Below, piece after piece: positions 39,492 through 54,904 of a DNA stretch of 64,000 nt. The notes beneath the pieces were generated by a model that worked only from the letters and a program-made list of their open reading frames with translations, was not told the DNA's origin and did not search any database. The translations under genes and the position numbers were made by a program. How positions within the stretch are numbered: the first letter of the stretch is position 1; every line of letters begins with the position of its first letter. Source of the DNA: Eledone cirrhosa (taxonomy: Eukaryota); the NCBI GenBank assembly GCA_964016885.1, contig OZ024745.1, forward strand, positions 37,572,001 through 37,636,000, written 5' to 3'.

Positions 39492-41509
39492 GTGTATGTG
39501 TGTTGGTGTGTATGTTATAATAGTATGCAATATTTCCTATACATTACTTCAAGGACATTAACGATATAAGTGAAGCGGTTAAAACTGTGTACTGTAAACT
39601 ATTCACAGGTCCGACCTCCCGGAGAGAGATTATTCCCATACACCGTTGTCACTCATCAATGATGTGATCGTTTCTTTAAGAAATCATGGACACATAGACC
39701 GTTGGATCCATTACCGTAGTTTTCAGTGAGATGGATATTCGTCGGTTTCGACGATGAACGTATTAGTTGTTCATAGCAACTGTACGACGTGATTTGAGGA
39801 AAGCTTGATTGTTATTTCTAGTAGGTCGAGTGGCTATCTAGTGGTTTAGTTGCTGGTTTGTGATACCACTCTGTAGTCCTCCGCAACGATAATGATACAC
39901 CCTTTTCCACCCGCCCCTTTGGAAATCTTGTTCCTAGATCAATATCAAGCAGAAATAATATTTATGTTTCTCTTTGTTTCATTCTCTCTCTCCCCTTCTC
40001 TCATTATTTATCTTACACGTTCGTTCATTTACTCATAAAACTACCCCCCCCCCTCCTCCCATGCATTTGTCTTACTTCTACTCAAGCCCTCGCATATTGC
40101 TACATTGATTTCTTCATTCATTGCATCCCTCTCTTCCATATTTATTATGTTCTTACAACCTTCCGCTTGACAAGAAGAAATATTTCAGCGCTGATTAATT
40201 GCTGACTCTATACAAAGTTCAAGAAATACTCACAATGGAGTACTACTCTCATTCATACACGGCGTTACCATGTTGTTCTGATGTACACAAATATTCGTAA
40301 GCAAACCCCAAAGACTCACTTATCAACACATTACAACCCCTTTCTATTGAAGCACCGGTCCTTAGCATTACTTCTGCTCCTCTCACGTAGCGAGTTGCCT
40401 GCTACTCATACTTATGTCTCATCCATCACACATCACTGTAAATCATACATTATCATCTTAAATATGAAGGACATATTGGATAATGTAATTCTATTTCGTA
40501 TTGTTATCTTCTTCCTTTGCTGGTTTTCGTATTCCGGCATATTTTTCTTCTTCCTTTTTGTTTTGTTTTCTTTTTATTTCACTGAAAGTGAAGTAACTCC
40601 CTATATAGATTATGCCAGAGGAATAGATGGGATAGTCATGGTCAGAAATGCCTTCAGCTCAGCGAAACGGCTACAATAAAAAATAGCAGTTTTTTACACA
40701 CGCATATTCTGATGGGATGTAATATTTGATTATATCGCCCTCAGAACATGTTCGACGGTCTAATCATTTTGCTAAATTCTAAAACAATAACATTTATAGT
40801 TTTGTGAGTTAAGAAACAGAATGATGGGCCAAGTGAAACGGAAAAGACGTCCGTCAGTTGCGACAATGTCTGTTCCAGTTGTTCGAGAAACGAAATAGCC
40901 TTCTCGTGCGATGTACATACAAATGGTTGAGCATTCCACAGACATGTGTACCCTTAATGTAATTTCCAGGAAGATTAATTGTAACACAGTGTGTGACAAG
41001 ACAGGCATTTTCAATTACAGGCACAGTCCTTCCAATAATCTTCCAAATCAAAGAGTTTCTATCAGCCAAATGTTATACACGAGGCTAGAGTAGACTCGAG
41101 TCTATTTGTAGTGACACTTGGTCAGATATCGCACAGTAGGATCCGATCTGGGATCTTATTGCAAAACGAACTTCTTAACATGCTGCGACTACTGAGGACA
41201 GAGGTAAAGACAAACCAAGTTTTATGATTTCCACCTAAACTGGCCCCATTTTGTTTTTATGTAATCCTTGACAGTGAAGGTATGTGGTCTAGTGGTTAAG
41301 CAGTTGCAATTCCTGGAGGTGCGGGCGTGGCTTTTTATGACAGAACTATTGTATCTATCATGAAAATAACTGAGTTACAACCGCTGACTAGGCCAGATAA
41401 ACCTTCATTTTTCATTTTAAATCAATGACATATGGCTCTGCAATAAAAACAAATACACGCACACACACACATACACACACACACAGACACACAGACACAG
41501 ACACACACA

Positions 41510-41548
<39 letters not shown>

Positions 41549-41569
41549 ACACACACACAGACACACACA

Positions 41570-41654
<85 letters not shown>

Positions 41655-42212
41655 GATCTTCAGAGATATCACAATAAAGTAGCGAGAAAAATACCGTTGA
41701 GTGAATGAATAAGTTATTCGTGATAATTATTTAATTAGTTACAGTAGCGGCAGGATTGTAAACAAGAAATTGTGAATTAATGTGTCAGATACTATCAAAG
41801 CTACTGCCAACACAACCTGGTGGTTGTAGAGGTGTTGTTTTTGTTGGTGGTGATGGTAGAGGTTGTTTTTTGTTGATAGTTGTTGTAATGATGGCGGTGA
41901 TATTAGGGTTGTTGGTAATGTGGTTATGGCAGTAAGAGTAGTGGTAGTTGTGATAGTGCTGGTGATGGTGGCTCTGAGTGAGATAATGATGCTAGAAATA
42001 CCGAATCATATATCTCTCAAATCATATTCTTTCGTCATAGCACAGGAGAGGTCGCATTCGAGTGTGTTGTCGTAGAAAGAAGTACCATTGAGAATATAAC
42101 ACGAAATGGTCGCAGCTGGATACCCTTGACCATAGATCTGTTCAGTTAGTGTTGATCTGAGCTAAAAGACCACTACAGTTAAAAATATTTTGAAAACGGC
42201 TGTTACCGTTGC

Positions 42213-42285
<73 letters not shown>

Positions 42286-42320
42286 ATGTGTGAGTGTGTG
42301 TGTGTATGTATGGACGTATG

Positions 42321-42352
<32 letters not shown>

Positions 42353-42911
42353 CAGAATGGAAGAGATAAAAACCAGTTAGACCATTACTTACGCGAGTAC
42401 TCGATACAATATTTGGGTTAGTAGAGTGGGTAATATGAAAAATTCGGGACTCAGACGGCTGAACTCCAGCCGTTTCATCATCTAGATCCGAACTCCCCCA
42501 CCAATAATTATATTTTTTTCTCAAACTACCAAAACACGCATCTAATTGTATATGTGCTACAATTTATGTACATGTTATGTAGAGACAGGTGGGAGAGACA
42601 CATGTAGATATAGGGAAGGGGAGAGCTTTGTGGTAATTGATTTAGAAAGAGGAATTTGAAGAGAGTTCCGTGTAGTAGATATAAAGAGTGGGAAAGTTTG
42701 AGGCGGAGAGCTTAGTGTTGATTGATATATAGAGGGGATTTGATCCGTTTTCAATCAAAGCTCACTAGACATAAGTTTATCCGAGAAAGTCTTTTGAAGT
42801 TTGTCGTGTTATCTATATGTTGAAGGCTGTCGCGAAACACACACACACGTGTTTTGTCCTCTTTTGAAGTTGTGTTGCCTATATTTTGAATTTTTTCCAC
42901 ACACACACACA

Positions 42912-43009
<98 letters not shown>

Positions 43010-43106
43010 TACACATTCATAAGTACATATGAAATGTGAAGGACAGACAGAAACCGAGAAACAGGTTTCATTTTACAATATAGATTGCTACTACTACTAA
43101 TACTAT

Positions 43107-43163
<57 letters not shown>

Positions 43164-43182
43164 CACCACCATCGCCACTACC

Positions 43183-43234
<52 letters not shown>

Positions 43235-43539
43235 TGCAAAGTAATTTGAATTTATATAACAATTGGCGCAAATATTTGAAACGGAGCGAAAACTCGTGTC
43301 ATGCAGTTGCTGACTATATGCAATCTGCTGGATAAGAGCTGAAGGGCCGCATGCAGCCCTAGCACCACAAGTTAGTGATCCATGTATTATAGTATATACT
43401 ATAATAAATACTATATACTATGATACTATATACTATACTATACACTATATTAAATACTATAAATATATTATACACTATAAAAAAAATACTCTATAGTAAA
43501 ATTACTATACACTATAATAATTATATGGCAAAATTACAT

Positions 43540-44060
43540 CTTCAAGACGCCTAACAGTCATTCCACTTCGATAAACAAAGGTTTGGCCAGGAGGCGTTGA
43601 TGTCATCAGACGATGTCCATCATTCATTGGTTGTTTCAACCCTCAACCGATACGGTGGGTCAGCAGTGGTGGCCAATTACAGCGCATCTTCTTTTCCAAA
43701 GCCATCATGAGGACCTTTCTGCTGCCTCTCCCATCTTGAGAACTGCAGCCTTCTCTCTTCTTCCCATTCCAATGGCGGTGAGCATACTCCTTACTATGTT
43801 ATCCGGGCATCCCCTGCAGTCCACCTCAGCTGAAAATATCCATAGCTGCCAACCTATCTCCCTACACTCCTGCACAAGTTCTTGATATTTGGCACTCTTT
43901 CGCTCAAAAGCGTTGCTGCACTCTTCTTCCCGTGGGACTGTGAATTCACTCGGTATTGTCCTTTATATATTTCCAGACCAAAGTATTACATCGGACCTCG
44001 GGGATGTTTGAACAACCTAGGGGAACTTCATCCTACCTCCCAGATCAACACTCATATTCC
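43540..44060 (-). mobile_element. HERO-like non-LTR retrotransposon 3' end (restriction-like endonuclease)
   Basis: RSDVILWS..EFTVPREEECSNAFERKSAKYQELVQECRE.GWQLWIFSAEVDCRG..GEAAERSS*WLWKRR matches RPDIVLWS..ELTVPWE..ERK..KY..PVEVGCRGF..EAAERASRWLW. Confidence 0.82.
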
Positions 44061-46956
44061 ATGTAATATAATAAATATTATATAATATACTACATACTAT
44101 AAAACATACTATATACTATACTATACAAATATTTATAGATTTCTTTTTTATGAAATCATATGAGCGCCTTCATCTTGGGCATTTTAAACCTGGCGGAGCC
44201 CATCTATCTCCAGATCTGATAATAGCCGATTTCCTCCAGATATCGAGAAAGGATCGACCCCAGTACTAGACTGATATTTTCGTTATCAACCTCGAAATGG
44301 TGAAAAGCAATGTTGACCTTGGAAAGATTTGAACTCAGTGTAGCATTTTGAAGGTAGCCTTTTCCACTAGAAAAATGCTACCATCATCAATTTCATTTGT
44401 TCAATCAACAGTACAACTTGCACATGAAATTAATATGCAAACAGCTGAGGTTTTTCAAGACAAGTGGAATTCAGCGTTACACATTGCATGACAAGGCTGG
44501 CTTTTTCAATTACAGTTATAGTGCACCCAAACAATTTCCGTCAACTGTATTTCACTGACAAAGGGCCGACCCGATGATACGATAGATGATACCTACGCAA
44601 GATGTTGCGCAAATGGGATCGAACACGTGATTTAATAATTTGTGAAATGAACTTCTTAACCATTCGGCCATGTTACGCCCACGACACTGCAACAGCAACA
44701 GCAGCAACAATACAAACAGCAACACATTATGTTTTCTTGTGTTCGTAATAGTTTTCATTCACAACGTTTTGGGGAAGTTTTCATATTTGTATATTTGACA
44801 CTATTTTCCTTTTTCTTTTTGATTCAATTTGCGGTGACTTTTTCTTGTTTGTTTCGTTTCCTGTAGACATGTTTGTTGTTGCTATTGTTATTGCTATTGT
44901 TGTTTTTGTAGTCGTATTCGTCGTTGTCGAGGTTGTAGTTTTTGTAGTTGTTGTTTGGGTTCACAATGTTATTTATGAATGAAAGCAGCTGCTACTCACA
45001 TCACATAAGCACATAAGCCGGCTGTTGTCGAGAACGGAGCACACAAAACCACTTGTCTTTTTCATATAACACCTATGCATACGTACACACATTAATAGAC
45101 ACACAGCCGTACTAATGTAAACACATGCGCATACAAAGGCAGTTATACATATGTGTAAGCGAATTTCTATTAAAGTGTAGGGCTTTCTATACAAGCATAT
45201 CTGTATGTATGAATGTATAGATGTATATATATATATATATATACATATATATATACATGCTTATACGCACACGCGCACACACACACACACACACATACAT
45301 ACAGATACATTGCACGCATAATACAGATATATATATACACACAAGCAAATACATACACACACACACACACACACGCGCACACACACAGAGACACACATGT
45401 GAATATACAACCAAACCACCAGACTCAGACTTGGTGTTTATATATATATATACAGTATATTTATATGTGAAGGCACGTGGCTTAGTTGTTAGAGAACTGA
45501 ATTCGAAACCGTGAGATTGCCAGTTCCATATACGGAGCGGGGGATGCCTTATGTTCTTGGACGTTCAATTAATTGATCTACTGAATGAAATCGACGGAAG
45601 ATCCACCATCATCATCATCATCATCACCATTGTATTTAGTTATGTTTCCAATTCAAATCCTGCCTTTCATCCTTCCGAGCCCGATAACATATAATACCAG
45701 TAAAGTTCTGGGATCTATATAATCGACTCACCACCCACTCGAGAAAAAAAAAAAAAAAAGACCTGCAGGTTTTGTGCTAAAATTAGAAACTATCTTAAGT
45801 TTATAACAAAATATTTGAAATTTTGAACTAGTACACGGACCTCCTGTATGGAAATTCTGCATTATACACATTGTATTACTACTCGAACATTTTTGCTGCT
45901 ACATATACAAACAAAGGCGGCGTATTTACAGAATCGTTGTAACGTCTCTCTGCTCTCTGAGTTCAAATTCTGCCGGGGTCAACTTTGCCTTTCATGCATT
46001 CATGGTCGATAAAAAAAGTACCATTCAAGTACTGGGGTCGATTCTTTCTCTATATCTCTTTCCTACTTCCTTGCTCTCACTCTCCCTATCCTTCTCTGGA
46101 AGAAATCTAATGTATTCAGGCCTGGAGAGGAGATGAGCTTCACCGTGTTTTTTTTTTAAATGCCCTAGATCGGGTCAAAGAAACACTGATTTATATTGGT
46201 TATTTCATTGCTGATGATACTATCTACCGGTCGCAACTCCTGACAGAAGAAGTAAAATGAAGTAAAGTATTTTACTTAAAAACACATCATCCGGTCTAGG
46301 GATCAAACACACGACACTATGATCAGATGTCCAACACCCCAGGCCACGTGCAAATTTTATCCTTTTAACTGCATTAAGCAGTTCATCCCCAGAAAAGAAG
46401 CCCTCCTGAGTAACATATGTTTTTTCCGAAGCCATGACCAGCAGATGTTTAATCTAACGAAGCTAAGAGGGCCTGTAAAACTTTTGCCGATGCTTCTTCT
46501 CACATAAAAAGCATAGACTTATGTAGGGAGTGAGTATGCGTGTATTTGAAGGCATGTAGTTTAGTGATTAGAATTCCTGGTTGACGATTGTATGATCCTA
46601 AGTTCAAAACGTGCCTGTATTATCCTTGGATTAGACACTTTACTGCACGTTGCTTTAGTCAACTCAATTGACAAATATGAGTTGTACCTATAATTGACTC
46701 GCCTTATACCATGGATCACCCTTAGAACAACATTACAGTTACACATGTGGAATGCTCAGACACTTGCACATTAATTTCGCTAGCAGGATACTCCGTTGAT
46801 TAATTACACTGGAACCGATGGATATGTGTGTATGTGCATATGTGTATCGCAATGGTATAAGTTTAACCGTAGTGCAAAGGGTCCCTAGAATGGTATTAAA
46901 ACTCTACATTCCTTGAGTAGAGAGGACTAAGTTGAAAAAAATAGTAACATCTTAGC

Positions 46957-47039
<83 letters not shown>

Positions 47040-47071
47040 GCACACACACATACGCACACACACACACACAT

Positions 47072-47110
<39 letters not shown>

Positions 47111-48629
47111 CATACGTACAAACATATGTATACAGAACGACAACAACACAAATAAACAGAACTAAAACAAAGTAAAAGCGTCTCTTCAAAGATGTAATAG
47201 AGACAAACAATATCCTTTACACTGCACCTCAGTATGACGAAGTGTGTGTGTGCGCGCGCGCGCGTGTGTGTGTGGGGGAGGGGATAAACTTGTACGTCAC
47301 TCTGATATTTCATTAAAGAGGCGGTTGAGGGAAAAGGAAGAATGGACAACAAGCCGACCCGCTTGGTCATCATGACGCGGAAAGTAGGCGGCCTTGGGCG
47401 GGAATATCAACAACAGTCCACTCATTATTACACATCTGTCCGAAAGAACAATGAAAATGCAAAAGAGATGAGCTGGATTCTGTGAGAAAGAAGAAAATAC
47501 TGGGAGAAAGAGGTGGTAAAAATCTTCCTCCATAGAACCAACAAAGAAAAGCTGCTGATATAAAGCAATGCCAACATTATACACATGGCGATATTAAAGT
47601 GTTTCATTATATATTTCCTCTATTATAGTGTCTGAGTGTTAACTGCACAAATGTACTGAGGCTCAGAACTTGGGATACATTAGCTGATGATATATTGGCA
47701 TGTAGTGAGATTAAGGCATCTTCAGAAATTCCGAGGTGATTCATTTTGAATATGGGACGCACATTCAACGGAATGAGGCAATTTGAATATTTTAAAAAGT
47801 AATTTAAATATTTTAGCGTGTAATTTAAATGTTTTGTTGAGTAGTTTAAATATTTTGTGAAGTGGGTAATTATTTTATTTTAAATATTGTCAATTTAAAA
47901 TTGTATTATCAATTAACTTTTTTCTATTTCGTGGGAAGATGGATTGAATTTTGAATGGTATGTTATGTATTTTTAACACTGAGGCAGCGAATTCGTAATG
48001 TTTAGATGCATCGGATCAAATGACTCTGTATTTGTTCTTGCTCTCTGCGCTCTGAGTTCAAATCTTGTCGAGGTTGATTTTGCCTTTGATCCGTTCCAGA
48101 TCGATAAATATAATATCAGTACTAGTGTGATTCTCTCTCTTTGTTTCGTTGTTTCTTTTTTTTCTCTAAAAGAAATTAGCTGTGTTTCATCCAAGAGGAA
48201 TGGATTCCACCAGGTTTAAAATGCCCAATACACACCGTCAGTCAGGGCTGTACGACGACGACTCATCAGGAGTTAAAGGCTATTTATTTTTTTGTAAAGC
48301 ATATAAAATATAATTCGCCGAAAAGATACAATAATAAACGTACCTTTATAATGACAGTGATTTCAGTCAACAATAAAAAAAATATTGTTTGCAGCATTCA
48401 AATACCGAAACATCACAACTCAATAATTGTTTCTACTTTTTGGCACTAGGCCAGCAATTACCCAGTGCATTACTGGTACTTTATTTTATCGACCGCGTAA
48501 GGATGAAAGGCAAAGTTAACCTCGGTGGAATTCGATCTCAGAATAGCATGGGCCGTAACTCTATGCATCAAAGTATATCGTCTGACCCTCTACCGATACT
48601 GCCAATCACTCAATAATACTCTCTCGACA

Positions 48630-49880
48630 TATGTTTTATTGTCGATATCGATCCAATGTGAGGCAGAGAAATAGAAACTTGCTACCCGACTGAAAAGAAC
48701 ATCAGAAACGTACAAAGTAGAGATCAATTCAGAAAACACCAAGAGTCTGACCAATAACCACAACCAGAAAACTGTAACCAAAATTATATTGAACAGGAAA
48801 AAAGTATTTTAAATACCTAGGAAAATTTTAAGAAAGGATGACTGCTCAATAAAGCAGATACAATGTAATAGTCAGCCTGGCATCATCTGCTTCGAGGAAG
48901 CTGAACGTCATATGGGAAATTAGTTCCATCAGATTTTCTGCAAAGCACTAAACATGCCCCTCAGCTGTGAATTCTATAATTTTGTATGGGTGTGAAAACT
49001 GAACACGGGACATCAAGACGGTACGAAGAATCCAAGCGTTAAAATAAAAAAGGTTTCAGAAGACTTTTACGCATCTATCTCATACACAGAGCACAAGACA
49101 AACAGCTATCTACGACAGCAAGCGACAAAATGAAACGTTTTTATTGGGAACATTTCAATTAAATTATATAATGTTTGCAATGAAAGTAAAAAGAGGTGGG
49201 TCAGGCTGCACCCTAGGCTAGGTGGCCTATCTCATATGGCGTGAGTATTGCTGTGGAGAACAGCCAGCGACACCGCTGCATCAGTCACTCCAACTCGCAA
49301 GACTCCTCCCTGTTGCGGGATACCCTCCTTCCAATTTCGTGGAGGAAAACAGCAGTTGGGGGATCGAGGACACTGGAGGTCTTGATGGTGAGATCCACGA
49401 AAAGGAAACTGTCGGTCAAGCCCCAGTATTTTGATACCCTGTACGTTGTCTCATTGTAAGCAGTAGTTCATGCGACGAACAAAAGTTTAATTAGATGACC
49501 TTATTGTCGTGAACACTGGTGGCTTCACAGATGATGACTATTAATTCGACAATGCGTTGGGACAACTGCTCCAGGTAGGGGAGAAATCTACAAGTATTCA
49601 CGCGCGGCGAGCCACATATCTTCTAGGTACTAGAAAAAGCAAAATGAATGTTTCACCTTCGAGAGAAGATGCCGGTGCCAAATGTGAATCCCTCCTTACT
49701 GCAGAACTCATCTGAATTAGGGCTCAGAAAAGGCAGACAAAGAAAATCCTGGTACGATAGCATGAATGACTGGACAGATTTTAACACAACGGGCCTTCCG
49801 CATGTCGCGGAGAATAAGGATTAATGGTAATTGCTGACTACTGGAGAGTCTAGAGTGGTACCCCAACGACTAGCTGCACT
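48630..49880 (+). mobile_element. RTE-clade LINE RT/C-terminus, interrupted by a nested insert at about 49135-49615
   Basis: EINSENTKSL, FKYLG, ILYGCEN*T, FRRLLRI..YTEHKTN, then GRQRKSWYDSMNDWT..VAENKD*W..VPQRL after the insert. Confidence 0.78.
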
Positions 49881-49933
49881 AGGCTTGGAAAAATAATTAT
49901 GATGATGACTATGGAGATGATGATCTTGCTGAT

Positions 49934-49965
<32 letters not shown>

Positions 49966-50195
49966 TTTATGCATATATGTGAGTGTGTGAACGCGTAGGC
50001 ATGTATATACTCAGACACATTTATACATTACATATACACATACATACGTTACATATACACATACATACATTACATATACACATACATACGTTACATATAC
50101 ACATACATACATATATGAATTTATATATATAAATATACATACATACATTCATATATATATATATATATATACATACGTGTGCGTGTGTGTGTGTG

Positions 50196-50266
<71 letters not shown>

Positions 50267-50449
50267 ATGTAAATGTATGTGTGTCCGAGTGCTTCTGTCT
50301 GTTTTTCGGTGTGTACGCGTGCGTGTATTTATGTATTCTCTCTCTCCACAGCTTTGTTCAGCTGTCTGTCAAACATCTCACAGCAACCGGCCCGACCCCT
50401 CCTATAATGTTCCACAGTCCATCTGCTTCTTCCTCCTCTACAACACACT

Positions 50450-51565
50450 AACCTCTACTTCCATCACCAATACCAAAACCATCACCACCCATACCTCCAC
50501 CAACACCACCATCATCACCGACACCACAACAACACCATCATCACCGACACCACAACAACACCACTATCACCACCAGCACCATCAACACCATCAACACCAC
50601 CATCACCACCAACCCCAACAACACCACAACAACACCACCATCACCACCAACACCATCAACACCATCAACACCACCATCACCACCAACCCCAACAACACCA
50701 CAACAACACCACCATCACCACCAAGACCACCAACACCATCAACACCATCAACACCACCATCGCCACCAAGATCACCAACACCACCAACACCATCAACACC
50801 ACCATCACCACCAACCCCAACAACACCACAACAACACCACCATCACCACCAAGACCACCAAGACCACCAACAACACCATCATCACCACCAAGACCACCAA
50901 CACCACCAACACCATCAACACCACCAACACCATCAACACTACCATCACCACCAACCCCAACAACACCACCATCACCACCAAGACCACCAACACCACCAAC
51001 ACCATCAACACCACCATCACCACCAACACCATCAACACCACCATCACCACCAAGACCACCAACACCACCAACACCATCAACACCACCATCACCACCAACC
51101 CCAACAACACCACCATCACCACCAACACCACCAACACCATCAACACCACCATCACCACCAACACCATCAACACCACCATCACCACCAAGACCACCAACAC
51201 CACCAACACCATCAACACCACCATCACCACCAACCCCAACAACACCACCATCACCACCAACACCACCAACACCATCAACACCACCATCACCACCAACACC
51301 ATCAACACCACCATCACCACCAAGACCACCAACACCATCAACACCACCATCACCACCAAGACCACCAACACCACCAACACCATCAACACCACCATCACCA
51401 CCAACCCCAACAACACCACCATCACCACCAACACCACCAACACCATCAACACCACCATCACCACCAACACCATCAACACCACCATCACCACCAACACCAC
51501 CAACACCACCAACACCATCAACACCACCATCACCACCAAGACCACCAACACCGCCAACACCGCTA
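50450..51565. repeat. CAC/CAA/CAT triplet-derived minisatellite with 9-bp modular higher-order structure
   Basis: Marker CAACCCC at 50952, 51096, 51231 and 51402 (spacings 144, 135, 171; all multiples of 9). Confidence 0.9.
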
Positions 51566-52454
51566 ACACCAGCTTACTACCTCTTCCCCTCCACGCATCT
51601 CTCTGAACCATTCTATTTTTCAGCTGCCAACACACTCTTGATAGCAGCAGCAGATGCAGTAGCAACAGCGGCAGTGTAGCAGCGGCAGTGTCAGCAGCAC
51701 TGTCGTCGTCTCATCTGTAGTTAGTTACACATTGCTGTTGATACAACAATAGCATCTTTGATCACAATAACACAGAGTGGACAAGCCATAACACTAATCA
51801 GCAGCACAGCAGCAGCAGTCACAACAACAATAATAATAATAATAACGGTTTCTTATATAGGCACAAGGCCAGCAATTTGGGGAAAGGGGAAAGTCGATTA
51901 AATCAACCCCAGTGTGTGACTGGTACTTTATTTTATCGACCCCGTAAGGATGATAGGCAAAGTTAACCTCGGCGGGATTTGAACTCAGATCATAAAGGGC
52001 CGTAACTCTATGCTGCAAAGCATGTTGTCCGACGCTCTACCGAATAATAACAACAGCAATAACAGCAGCAACAACTGTAACAAAAGCAATAACAACAACA
52101 AAAGCAACTAACACCAACAACAACAACAGCAAAAGCAACAGCAAGAACGACAACTAGAACAAAAGCAACACCAACGTCAGCAATAGCAACATTAACAATA
52201 ACAGAAAAAATAATATCAACAGTAAAAGTAACACGGAAAAGTAAAAACAACAACAATAATAACAACATTATCAACAACAACACCGACACCAACAGCTGCA
52301 GCCGCAACAACAAGAAAGGTAGCCATAGTAACAATAACTACTACAACAACAACACTAACTAAGCCTCAACAACAGCAATAATAGCAATAGCAACAACAAC
52401 AACGATAGCAGCAACTATAGAAACAATATCAATAACAACAGAAACGTCAAAACC

Positions 52455-52720
52455 TTCTTCTTCTCGGGAGGATCGTGGTGGCAGAGTCCTCAAACACTGG
52501 GCCTGTCTAAAGCAATCGTCTCCAATTGATCTGGCTTGATCCCTAAGCGAGACCAGCCAAGCTCATGGGTTTATCCAACCATCTTGCTCATGATCCATAT
52601 CGAGTTCTATAACCGGGTGGTTTTGCCCGTAAAATTTGTCCAGCGATTCTCTCCTGAGACATTCTAACCACATATCCGTAGTATTTCTTTCTGAAGGACA
52701 TTTTCGGTGTAAACAGATGC
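52455..52720 (-). mobile_element. RTE-like LINE 3' fragment
   Basis: YYGYVVRMSQERIAGQILRAKPPG.R..G...RWLD; (GAA)n tail at 52455. Confidence 0.6.
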
Positions 52721-52733
52721 ACACACACACACG

Positions 52734-52764
<31 letters not shown>

Positions 52765-52805
52765 GAGAGAGAGGGAGAGAGAGAGAGAGAGAGAGAGAGG
52801 GAGAT

Positions 52806-52872
<67 letters not shown>

Positions 52873-54788
52873 GGGGATGCCTCGACCGTAATATTGAACT
52901 GGTAAGTTATTTAATGACCTCGAAAAAAGGAAATGCAAGTTGACCTTGCCCGGATTTAAACCCAGAGCTCAAAACTAAGGAAAATACCACAAATAATTTT
53001 ATCTGACGTTCTAACGATTCTGACAAATCGGCACCACTCTTCCTTATACCTATTTAATACTACAAACATAAATACCAAGAAGATGATAGGTCAACTAGGG
53101 ACCTTCCAGGAGTGGGTTAACATCAGTGAATATGTTTATTTAGCGGTTTCGATGATGAGCGTTTCGATGAGCGGTTTCGATGACAGCCAGCTCATGAAAT
53201 AATCGTGTATATGACCTAGAATTCTACAGATATATGTGTCCTCAACGTAATTCTCGGGGAAATTCAGTGTGACACAATATTTGACATGGTTGGTTCATTG
53301 AATAACAATTCCACTCCATCTGACGGGCTATTAACAGTTTCCATCTAGCCCATTTCGATATTGGATCGACACGAGGCTATGGTAAATGTCCCCCTGAACA
53401 AGATGTTACTTATCGGATTCTTTACCTTATGATTGCGAATCATACATCTCAACCATTCAATTTTGCTGCATCCACAGCAGCAGAAATCATATCCAGATAT
53501 TGCGCCATATTATATACAATTTTTATTTTATTTTAAGAACGGCTGCATCCGTAACAACCATAACAAGACTTCCGAAACTGGTAAGAGACGGGGAGTTTTC
53601 CTCAAATCAGAGATCTCGCCCAAATGCGTGGACTAAGCTAAGATCACCCGACCCAGGTGTTGGTGTTAAACTGTGGCACCGGTTAAGTCTACCACCCGAA
53701 TGGATGACGACGGAATTGAACTCAAAACTCAAGGCATCAGGTCTGACGTTCTAGCGATTCTATCCACCTACTGCCCTAGATTGAAATTTTATATATCGTA
53801 ACTCAAATGGATGAAATGCAAATCTGACATCGACAGCATTTGAAATCAAATCGAAATAAACTAGAAAATATACCATAAAACATTCCGCCCGACGTTCTAA
53901 CGACTCTGCCAATTATGCGCCTAAACAACTATAGCTTACAGGAACTTTATATTCAGTATGTATACATTTTTCTTTCTGCAAGAAACATCTTATATGTCTT
54001 TCAGATGTTTATAGTCCTACGGTGTCTGGAACTTACATTTTATGGGTAATTCCAGAGAGGATGAAAAGAATTGTAAAATGCTTTAGACGCCTCCTACAGT
54101 GGAGTAATGGACAATAGTAAATACTAAATAATAGCTGTGTTTTGCAATAGATTAAACTTCCTTTACCTAGATTTCTGTCAATTCTCTGTTTCGCGTGGTT
54201 CTAAGTTTGTCAGGAAGTACATTCCAAAATGACTTGAGCACCCGGTAAAAGCAATTAAGTATTAACAGAAATATTGTAAACACATAGACACCTACCTGCA
54301 GAGGAGATGCAATAATCATTATCATGACGGAAATGGCTTCGGGAAGACTCATGAAATTCCTTAAGCAGATGTAAACTTACGATAAAGATAGAGAAAGATT
54401 TCATGAAAAAGAAGAGGGTGGTGTGGCAGAAATATTTCGAATTATCAATTTCTGGCGTTGATATGTTCATGAATTTAGATGGCTTGAAATAATGAAATTC
54501 TATGGAACACCGCTGCATTTCAGAGCCATCTATTAAAACATGCACATGCACACGTATGTGCACGTATACACATAGAGAAGCTTACAAATGCACATGGATG
54601 TGTGTGCTCGTACATACATGGTCGCGTGTGTGCAAATACACATTCTCACAAAGTTCAGTGTTTACTCAATCCATTGATTTACGATCATTTCAACGGGCGA
54701 AATAAACAATAATCGCGATATATATATCAATGAACTCATAGCATTAAGTTCATACGAGGATAAGTCACTATCTTTAAACCAAATATCG

Positions 54789-54849
54789 TATTTTATCTGA
54801 CGAAAGGGTACCAAAATATTGGTACCCTGGAAATATGTATAATAAAATA
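54789..54849 (+). ncRNA. Type I hammerhead ribozyme (family D)
   Basis: TATTTTAT-CTGACGA-A AGGGTACCAA(aata)TTGGTACCCT G-GAAA TA tg TAT-A-ATAAAATA: 8-bp stem I, 10-bp stem II, minimal stem III. Confidence 0.75.
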
Positions 54850-54904
54850 AATATGGTTTTATAAGGATATTTTCCATTTATTAATATTATTGATATTATA
54901 TATA

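Noticed and set aside
42751-43271. Poly-Ser/Gly and poly-Val ORFs
   Set aside because: (ACT)n/(ACC)n microsatellite.
47297-47584. 95-aa ORF in GC-richer sequence
   Set aside because: No recognisable domain or splice context; possibly a decayed retroelement.
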